Shown one piece after another: positions 1 through 5,832 of a stretch of DNA of 32,000 bases (its first letter is position 1; each line of letters begins with the position of its first letter). The translations under genes were made by a program, and so were the position numbers. The notes beneath the pieces are model-generated. The model saw only the letters and a list, made by a program, of their open reading frames with translations. It did no database searches and was not told the DNA's origin. Origin of the DNA: Erysipelotrichaceae bacterium (lineage in GTDB: Bacteria > Bacillota_I > Bacilli_A > Erysipelotrichales > Erysipelotrichaceae); assembly GCA_963676105.1 (NCBI GenBank), contig OY781039.1:1650001-1682000 (forward strand). The letters run 5' to 3'.

Positions 1-579
1 ATCCAATTAAACTTAATTGAAGTTAAAGACGATTTATATTATAAAGTTGAACCCTATAGAGTTATTTACGAAAATGAGACTCAAGATGTATCCTTGACTA
101 AGTTAGCGAAGAAAATGGGTTTAGAATCACACTTTGAAATCTTAAGTCGTGAGTGGGTTGTGCAATTTGATTTATTAGATATTGATGATTTGTATTTAAA
201 AGGACGTTATCTAAAAGTACGACGTTTAAATTACTTTGATGATGAGAAGGAAGCTATATTGATTGCTTATATTCATGAGTCACTCATTAATGATGAAGTA
301 TTAAAAAATATTGAAAGCAATGGGTTCGCGAACATTATGGATGCTTTGATTAAAAATAAAAAATATCATCGACGAAGAGTACTAAGTATTATAGAAGCAA
401 GTCTTGATGTTTATGAAAACTTAGATCTAGATAAGGGTATGCCTATCATTTTTTCTCATCAAACTGTTGAAGATGAAAAGAATGCATTACTATTTTATTT
501 AGACTTCTATACAGCTCACGAAGCCTTCTTAACCTTAGAAAAGATTGATTTAGAACCACTAAGAGCATCTATAAATTAG
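1..579 (+). CDS. hypothetical protein, 5'-truncated by the window edge
   Basis: Frame 1 is open from nt 1 (IQLNLIEVKDDLYYKVEPYRVIYENETQDVS...) into tracked ORF 94..579, whose listed start is only a TTG. No family was recognised by eye. The stop TAG is at 577-579. Confidence 0.6.
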   Translation: MQLNLIEVKDDLYYKVEPYRVIYENETQDVSLTKLAKKMGLESHFEILSREWVVQFDLLDIDDLYLKGRYLKVRRLNYFDDEKEAILIAYIHESLINDEVLKNIESNGFANIMDALIKNKKYHRRRVLSIIEASLDVYENLDLDKGMPIIFSHQTVEDEKNALLFYLDFYTAHEAFLTLEKIDLEPLRASIN

Positions 580-590
580 ATGTTCTTTTT
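562..590 (+). terminator. putative intrinsic terminator of the upstream unknown gene
   Basis: Hairpin AGAGCATCT (562-570) / AGATGTTCT (578-586): 9 bp including one G-U, with a 7-nt loop, followed by TTTT (587-590). It overlaps the stop codon. Confidence 0.5.
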
Positions 591-609
591 AAATATTTCT
601 ATTTACCTA

Positions 610-638
610 TTGACCTAGTAGGTTGAATTTGATACACT
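610..638 (+). promoter_or_regulatory. putative sigma-A promoter of metY
   Basis: TTGACC (610-615), 17-nt spacer, TACACT (633-638), with TG at 630-631 in extended -10 geometry. Confidence 0.5.
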
Positions 639-654
639 CATGATAATCTTAGTG

Positions 655-740
655 AAAGGAAGAGATGACATGATAAGAACAAATACTTACTTGTTAATAT
701 TTCACCATCGTTTCCATCGAATGTGAAGCTCACATTTTTA
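655..740 (+). promoter_or_regulatory. candidate metY leader: RBS, 18-codon uORF and a small hairpin with U-tract
   Basis: AAAGGAAGAG (655-664) precedes ATG 670..TGA 726, encoding MIRTNTYLLIFHHRFHRM. The last sense codon ATG (721-723) and the stop lie in the 5' arm of hairpin ATGTGA (721-726) / TCACAT (730-735), followed by TTTT (736-739). An alternative pairing is possible between 701-710 and 718-727. Confidence 0.3.
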
Positions 741-777
741 AACTTGCTTACACACACTCGAAAGGAACTTAACTAAA

Positions 778-2064
778 ATGAGTAAAAACTATAAATTTGA
801 AACTTTACAACTACACGTAGGACAGGAAAATCCAGATCCTGCAACGGATTCTAGAGCTGTCCCAATCTATGCGACAACTTCATATGTCTTTAAGGATTCA
901 GCACAAGCTGCTGGTCGATTTGCCTTAACAGAAGGTGGAAACATTTATACACGATTAATGAATCCAACATCTGATGTCTTTGAAAAGAGAATTGCAGCAT
1001 TAGAGGGTGGTGTAGCGGCATTATCTACTGCATCTGGTACTTCAGCTATAAACTATGCGATTTTAAATATCGCAAAAGCAGGAGATCACATTGTATCTTC
1101 ATCAACCGTTTATGGAGGAACCTATAACTTCTTCGCTAATACCATTAAAGAATGGGGCATTGATGCGACATTTGTTGATGGCAGTGATCCATTAAACTTT
1201 GAAAAAGCAATAAAAGAAAACACAAAAGCTTTATATTTAGAATCATTAGGAAATCCTAATTCAGATATTATTGATTTAGAAGCTGTGGCAGATATTGCCC
1301 ACAAACATGGCATTCCAGTGATTGTGGATAATACCTTCGCTACACCATATCTCTTTAGACCACTAGAACATGGTGCAGATATCGTCGTTCATTCAGCGAC
1401 TAAATTCATTGGCGGACATGGTACAGTTCTTGGTGGTGTCATCATAGATGGTGGTAAATTTGACTGGACACAAAATGATAAATTCCCTGGTATTACCCAA
1501 CCTAATCCAAACTATCATGGTGTCGTTTTCTCAGAAGCTGCAGGTAATCTAGCTTACATTATTAAGATTCGTACAACCTTACTTAGAGATAATGGCGCAG
1601 CTATTTCTCCATTCAACTCTTTCTTACTTCTTCAAGGTTTAGAAACTTTATCACTACGTGTTGAAAGACATGTTGAAAATGCATTAAAGGTGGTTGACTT
1701 CTTAAAATCACATCCACAAGTGGATAAAGTTAATCACCCATCCATCGCTGATGCGAAGACCCAAGAACTTTATAAGAAGTTTTATCCAAAGGGTGCAGGT
1801 TCAATCTTTACTGTTGAACTTAAAGGAAGCGAAGAAGATGCGAAGAAATTCACCGAATCACTTGAACTCTTTTCATTACTTGCGAATGTTGCGGATGTGA
1901 AGTCTTTAGTTATCCATCCTGCATCAACGACACACTCACAATTATCAACTGAGGAATTGTTAGAGATTGGTATTAAACCAACTACAGTTCGTTTAAGTAT
2001 TGGGACTGAACATATCGATGATATCCTTGCGGATTTAGCACACGGATTTGAAGCCATTAAATAA
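778..2064 (+). CDS. metY: O-acetylhomoserine sulfhydrylase (aminocarboxypropyltransferase), PLP-dependent Cys/Met-metabolism family
   Basis: 428 aa. The N-terminus [10 protein letters not shown]...[15 protein letters not shown] and the PLP-lysine context [11 protein letters not shown] are typical of MetY/MetZ-type enzymes. RBS-like GAAAGGAAC lies upstream. Confidence 0.92.
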   Translation: MSKNYKFETLQLHVGQENPDPATDSRAVPIYATTSYVFKDSAQAAGRFALTEGGNIYTRLMNPTSDVFEKRIAALEGGVAALSTASGTSAINYAILNIAKAGDHIVSSSTVYGGTYNFFANTIKEWGIDATFVDGSDPLNFEKAIKENTKALYLESLGNPNSDIIDLEAVADIAHKHGIPVIVDNTFATPYLFRPLEHGADIVVHSATKFIGGHGTVLGGVIIDGGKFDWTQNDKFPGITQPNPNYHGVVFSEAAGNLAYIIKIRTTLLRDNGAAISPFNSFLLLQGLETLSLRVERHVENALKVVDFLKSHPQVDKVNHPSIADAKTQELYKKFYPKGAGSIFTVELKGSEEDAKKFTESLELFSLLANVADVKSLVIHPASTTHSQLSTEELLEIGIKPTTVRLSIGTEHIDDILADLAHGFEAIK

Positions 2065-2073
2065 ATCGAATTA

Positions 2074-2104
2074 AATAAACCGGGAGACCGGTTTATTGTG
2101 TTTT
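2074..2104 (+). terminator. intrinsic terminator after metY
   Basis: Perfect 10-bp stem AATAAACCGG (2074-2083) / CCGGTTTATT (2088-2097) with loop GAGA, then GTGTTTT. Confidence 0.75.
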
Positions 2105-2131
2105 AATAATACAGAAAGGATTGTTTATCAT

Positions 2132-3049
2132 ATGCCAATTAAAATACCTAATTTATTACCAGCCGCAAAGATTCTTGAAGAAGAAAATATCTTTGTGATG
2201 AATGAACAAAGGGCGATGACTCAAGATATTCGTCCACTTAAAATATTACTTTTAAATTTAATGCCTACAAAGATTGAGACTGAAACTCAATTATCTCGTC
2301 TTTTAGGTAATACGCCTTTACAAGTTGAACTTGAATTACTACAAACTTCAACCTACAAAGCAAAGAATGTTTCAGAAGAACACATGTTAGCGTTCTATAA
2401 AAACTTTGATGATGTTAAAGACCAAAAATATGATGGTTTAGTGATTACAGGTGCACCCGTTGAAACCTTAGAGTTTGATGAAGTGGAATACTGGGAAGAG
2501 CTTAAAAAGATTATGGATTGGGGAAAGACCCATGTCCATTCTAAGTTCTATATTTGTTGGGGTGCTCAAGCAGCCCTCTATCATAACTATGGTATTGATA
2601 AGTTAGAACTTGATGAAAAGATGTTTGGTTTATTCCCACATAAAGTCAACAACAAGAAATCAATGTGGACACGTGGTTTTGATGATTGTTTCATGGCACC
2701 ACACTCACGTCATACAAGTGTTGACCCAGAAGAAGTTAAAAAGATTGATGAACTAGAAGTTATTGCAGAGTCTGAGGATGCTGGGATTTATCTCATTAAA
2801 TCTAAAGACTCACGTGAATTCTATGTCATGGGCCATAGTGAATATGATGCTGATACGCTTAAAAAAGAATATGATCGTGATGTGAAACTTGGCCGTCCAA
2901 TCAGAGTACCTGTAAACTACTTTGAAAATGATGATCCGAGTGCTGAAGTAAAAGTCACTTGGAGATCACATGCAAACTTACTATTTTCAAATTGGTTAAA
3001 CTATTATGTTTACCAATCAACACCATTTGATATAAATACAATTGATTAA
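2132..3049 (+). CDS. metA: homoserine O-acyltransferase (MetA family; succinyl or acetyl specificity not decidable)
   Basis: MPIKIPNLLPAAKILEEENIFVM...IRPLKILLLNLMP...VITGAP...HSRH...SNWLNYYVYQ is collinear with E. coli MetA from its first residue. RBS AAAGGA lies 12 nt upstream of ATG 2132. The tracked start 2096 lies inside the terminator and is unlikely. Confidence 0.92.
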   Translation: MPIKIPNLLPAAKILEEENIFVMNEQRAMTQDIRPLKILLLNLMPTKIETETQLSRLLGNTPLQVELELLQTSTYKAKNVSEEHMLAFYKNFDDVKDQKYDGLVITGAPVETLEFDEVEYWEELKKIMDWGKTHVHSKFYICWGAQAALYHNYGIDKLELDEKMFGLFPHKVNNKKSMWTRGFDDCFMAPHSRHTSVDPEEVKKIDELEVIAESEDAGIYLIKSKDSREFYVMGHSEYDADTLKKEYDRDVKLGRPIRVPVNYFENDDPSAEVKVTWRSHANLLFSNWLNYYVYQSTPFDINTID

Positions 3050-3062
3050 AGGGGGTAATCCT

Positions 3063-3488
3063 ATGATGATTTCAACAAAGGGTCGTTATGCCCTAAGAGT
3101 GATGGTTGATCTATATGATCACGAATCATTTAACTACATACCACTAAAAGACATTGCCGAAAGACAAGAGATATCTTTAAAGTATTTAGAGAGTATTATG
3201 ACCATTCTTTCAAAAGCGAAGTTTGTCGATGCAACACATGGTATAGGCGGTGGTTATAAATTAAATCGTACAGCTAGTGATTATACAGTGGGTAGTATTT
3301 TAAAACTCACCGAAAAGTCTTTAGCACCGGTGGCTTGTTTAGATAAAGGCTATGATTGTAGTCGTGGTAATACCTGTAAAACACTTCCAATGTGGGAAGG
3401 TTTGAATCAGGTTATTGACACCTACTTAGAAAGTATAAACCTTCAGCAACTCGCTGAAGAAGCGATCGGCTTTAACTATATGATTTAA
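3063..3488 (+). CDS. Rrf2-family transcriptional regulator with a Cys-X8-Cys-X5-Cys motif
   Basis: MMISTKGRYALRVMVDL... is a typical Rrf2 N-terminal wHTH. A C-terminal CLDKGYDCSRGNTC triad is present. RBS AAGGGGG sits 7 nt before ATG 3063, and the gene starts 13 nt after the metA stop. Confidence 0.88.
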   Translation: MMISTKGRYALRVMVDLYDHESFNYIPLKDIAERQEISLKYLESIMTILSKAKFVDATHGIGGGYKLNRTASDYTVGSILKLTEKSLAPVACLDKGYDCSRGNTCKTLPMWEGLNQVIDTYLESINLQQLAEEAIGFNYMI

Positions 3489-3490
3489 GA

Positions 3491-3520
3491 GGATATGCAT
3501 CATTTGCATATTCTTTTTTT
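3491..3520 (+). terminator. intrinsic terminator after the Rrf2 gene
   Basis: GGATATGCA (3491-3499) / TGCATATTC (3505-3513) forms a 9-bp stem with one G-U, followed by T7 (3514-3520). Confidence 0.7.
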
Positions 3521-3553
3521 ATAAGGCGTAAAATAGTGGTAGAGGATAAGAAG

Positions 3554-4222
3554 ATGAAAAAGATGCTTAGACTAACATTTATCTTTATTATCAGCACACT
3601 ATTCTTGTCATCATGTTCAAGTGTTGAAGATGAAGATACTATATCAAGCTCAACTATGAGTCGTTTTAGAGAAAACGAAATAATGGAGTATCAAGGGGCA
3701 AGATTAGACCCTGCCGTAGGACCACGAGATAATTCAATTAGTGGTGTGCAAGAAGTCGATATTGAAACATATCAACTAAACATAACAGGGCTTGTCGATC
3801 AAAGCGTTACTTTAACTTATGAAGAAGTTTTAGCCCTAGATAAGTATCAAAGACTCATAACCCTTTATTGTGTTGAAGGCTGGGACGCGACCATATTTTG
3901 GGAAGGTGCATTCATTTCAGACATTATGAATTTAGCTGGCGTCAAAGCAGAAGCTAATACCGTTATCTTTAAGGCAGTGGATGGCTATACGACATCACTT
4001 CCATTAGATCAAATCGTTGATAATCAATTGATACTAGCTTATAACGCTAATGAAATACCTTTGCCACCAGAAATGGGTTATCCATTTATTGTGGTTGCAG
4101 AAGATAAATTGGGTTATAAATGGGCTCGTTGGGTTAATGAAATAGAATTATCAGATGATGCAGATTATCAAGGCTATTGGGAACAACGTGGCTTTAGTAA
4201 TGAGGCTGAGATAAATAGATAG
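3554..4222 (+). CDS. lipoprotein with a sulfite-oxidase-fold molybdopterin-binding domain (MsrP/YedY-like)
   Basis: Signal peptide MKKMLRLTFIFIISTLFLSSC carries a lipobox L-S-S-C (Cys codon 3614-3616). The core ...TLYCVEGWDATIFWEG...YNANEIPLPPEMGYPFIVVAEDKLGYKWARWVNEIEL resembles the YedY/MsrP catalytic domain, including the RCVE-type Cys. RBS GAGGAT precedes ATG 3554. Confidence 0.72.
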   Translation: MKKMLRLTFIFIISTLFLSSCSSVEDEDTISSSTMSRFRENEIMEYQGARLDPAVGPRDNSISGVQEVDIETYQLNITGLVDQSVTLTYEEVLALDKYQRLITLYCVEGWDATIFWEGAFISDIMNLAGVKAEANTVIFKAVDGYTTSLPLDQIVDNQLILAYNANEIPLPPEMGYPFIVVAEDKLGYKWARWVNEIELSDDADYQGYWEQRGFSNEAEINR

Positions 4223-4228
4223 CTTTAT

Positions 4229-4257
4229 TTGACATTACAATTGTTAAGGACTATAAT
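4229..4257 (+). promoter_or_regulatory. consensus sigma-A promoter of ssrA
   Basis: TTGACA (4229-4234), 17-nt spacer, TATAAT (4252-4257). The predicted TSS lies about 27 nt upstream of the mature 5' end, consistent with a processed precursor. Confidence 0.75.
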
Positions 4258-4290
4258 TCAAAATGCATTACATGCCTAATGTATAAACAT

Positions 4291-4642
4291 GGGGATGTCA
4301 TGGTTTCGACAGGTTGATGTTGGATTCAGACTGCAGTGGAGTGGCGACCTAATTGCCAAAACAAACAATAACTGGAAACTCAAGATTAAGTTTCGCTGCC
4401 TAGTAGCTTTATAGCTCGCAGCTGTCGCTATTAACCCTGTCCTTGGGGTTGGTGGTTGATACTAATAAACAAGGGATCGCTAAAGAAGACAGTTCTTTCG
4501 AGTATTAGTTAAATCATAGTAGAACAACTTATCACGTGGCACGTTTGAAGCATTCGTGATTCGTACTAAAATCAAACTAAACTGTAGACGTTTGAATGGG
4601 GACACTATTTGGACAGGGGTTCGACTCCCCTCATCTCCACCA
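4291..4642 (+). ncRNA. ssrA: tmRNA (transfer-messenger RNA)
   Basis: The 5' end GGGGATGTCATGGTTTCGACAGG and the 3' end GGACAGGGGTTCGACTCCCCTCATCTCCACCA form the tRNA-Ala-like domain. The internal tag frame AAA CAA ... TTC GCT GCC TAG TAG (4359-4406) encodes (A)KQTITGNSRLSFAA with a double stop. Confidence 0.93.
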
Positions 4643-4650
4643 ATGTGGAA

Positions 4651-4680
4651 AAACAAGCACTGAAAAGTGCTTTTTGTTTT
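4651..4680 (+). terminator. intrinsic terminator after ssrA
   Basis: AAGCAC (4655-4660) / GTGCTT (4667-4672) stem, extendable by AAAC/GTTT, embedded in TTTTTGTTTT. Confidence 0.7.
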
Positions 4681-4725
4681 GCTTAGAAATAGATAAATTG
4701 TATAGTTGTATTAGGAGAATTTTTA

Positions 4726-5427
4726 ATGGCACATAAATGCTTTGACCTTGGATGTAGTATGCATAATGGAAAGGGATGTGTAAGCACAGTTCCTATCTTT
4801 AATCATCTAACTCAAGATCAGATGGATGAAATTCAAAAACTTATTGTTACTAAGACCTTTAAAAAAGGTGAAACGATTTATGATGCAAATACAAAATCTG
4901 ATGCCTTATATGTTATTTCAAGAGGACGAGTTCGTATTGATCGAATTACAGAAGATGGTAAAAGTCAGTTGATTAGATTATTAAATCCTGGTGATTTTAC
5001 AGGAGAACTATCTTTGTTTAATGATTCGATTCATGATTCATTTGCGAGTGCCATGATGAATACAAATATTTGTATGATTAAGCGAGAAGATTTACAGGAC
5101 TTATTGAATAGATATCCTCAGATATCCCTTAAAATTATGTCTGAATTATCTAAAAGATTATCCAAGTCCGAAGAACAAAGCACGCGCTTAGCGACACAAA
5201 AAGTTGAGACACGTTTAGCGCTCTACTTAGTAGAAAGTTTAGAGTCTGAACAGTCTACAAAAATCATACACTTAGGAATGAGTAAGAAGGATCTAGCGTC
5301 TTATTTAGGTACAAGTCCAGAAACAATTAGTCGTAAGTTATTTGAATTTGAAGAAGCGGGTTATATCAAACAGATTTCTAATCAAGAAATCGAATTATTA
5401 AATATAGATGAATTACTTATGATATAA
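4726..5427 (+). CDS. Crp/Fnr-family transcriptional regulator, FNR-like (Cys-rich N-terminus)
   Basis: 233 aa with a cNMP-binding-type beta-roll (FKKGETIY...YVISRGRVRI...GDFTGE) and a C-terminal HTH whose recognition helix reads ETISR (E199/S202/R203). Cysteines are at positions 5, 10, 18 and 116. Confidence 0.88.
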   Translation: MAHKCFDLGCSMHNGKGCVSTVPIFNHLTQDQMDEIQKLIVTKTFKKGETIYDANTKSDALYVISRGRVRIDRITEDGKSQLIRLLNPGDFTGELSLFNDSIHDSFASAMMNTNICMIKREDLQDLLNRYPQISLKIMSELSKRLSKSEEQSTRLATQKVETRLALYLVESLESEQSTKIIHLGMSKKDLASYLGTSPETISRKLFEFEEAGYIKQISNQEIELLNIDELLMI

Positions 5428-5452
5428 GACCAATGATTTGGTCTTTTTTTTT
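5426..5452 (+). terminator. intrinsic terminator after the fnr-like gene
   Basis: AAGACCAA (5426-5433) / TTGGTCTT (5438-5445) with loop TGAT, then T7. Confidence 0.8.
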
Positions 5453-5458
5453 AAAAAC

Positions 5459-5472
5459 TTGATGTACATCAA
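5459..5472. promoter_or_regulatory. FNR-type binding site (perfect TTGAT-N4-ATCAA)
   Basis: TTGATGTACATCAA is a perfect palindrome. It is followed by TATAAT (5487-5492) and TATACT (5495-5500). The site centre lies 41.5 nt upstream of the TSS predicted from TATACT. Confidence 0.6.
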
Positions 5473-5531
5473 GGAAAATAAATCAGTATAATCATATACT
5501 TCTTTTATATTTAGAAAAGAGGCAAATTTTT

Positions 5532-5825
5532 ATGAGTGAAAACACTGCATTTAATCAATTATTTGAGAAATATTATAAAACCCTAGAGCAATATGTTCCG
5601 GTTGTTGAAAGAGTCCACGGTGGACACCATCCAGAGTTTTATGATGTTCGTGCTGAATACAATAAACTTGTTGAAAAGATTCGAGCAAATGATTTAGATC
5701 TAAGTGAAGAATTTGGACGTTTAGATTTAATAACCGATTCCTATAAAGTACCTGGGGATGTCTGTGAAACATATGAAGCAGTCTTTGTGATGCTTAAAGC
5801 ATTAGCGGATAGTTATAAAAAGTAA
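5532..5825 (+). CDS. small hypothetical protein resembling the central part of RIC/ScdA/YtfE di-iron (hemerythrin-like) proteins
   Basis: 97 aa. VVERVHGGHHPEF parallels the KVERVH segment of YtfE, and YKVPGDVCETYEAVFVMLKAL parallels its [30 protein letters not shown] lies 9 nt upstream. Confidence 0.6.
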   Translation: MSENTAFNQLFEKYYKTLEQYVPVVERVHGGHHPEFYDVRAEYNKLVEKIRANDLDLSEEFGRLDLITDSYKVPGDVCETYEAVFVMLKALADSYKK

Positions 5826-5832
5826 TTAGCTT

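Noticed and set aside
580-777. SAM-I/S-box riboswitch or Met T-box upstream of metY.
   Set aside because: I looked for the conserved S-box core blocks and for the T-box and specifier features and found none by eye. This is a negative visual result only and needs a covariance-model scan.
1122-2057. Minus-strand ORFs 1122..1313 and 1782..2057 inside metY.
   Set aside because: They are fully nested antisense to a confidently identified CDS, have low-complexity Ser/Ala-rich translations and lack an RBS. They are typical shadow ORFs of an AT-rich genome.
2096-2131. Longer N-terminal extensions offered by the ORF track: metA from 2096, Rrf2 from 3042, lipoprotein from 3536, AEC from 10594, peptidase E from 15671, GntR-2 from 17611, membrane protein from 19033 and licT from 20505.
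   Set aside because: In each case the extension starts at a non-ATG or RBS-less codon, often inside a terminator hairpin or an upstream or divergent gene. An internal ATG or GTG has a good Shine-Dalgarno sequence and matches the family N-terminus.
4355-4414. Alternative tmRNA tag frame starting at the canonical-looking Ala codon GCC 4355 (AKTNNNWKLKIKFRCLVAL).
   Set aside because: It is one nucleotide out of frame with the conserved GCT GCC TAG TAG ending (46 nt from GCC to TAG). It would also end in VAL rather than an (L/F)AA degron. The frame giving ...SFAA with a double stop and an AAA resume codon is preferred. A 1-nt homopolymer error in the A4 run cannot be excluded from the sequence alone.
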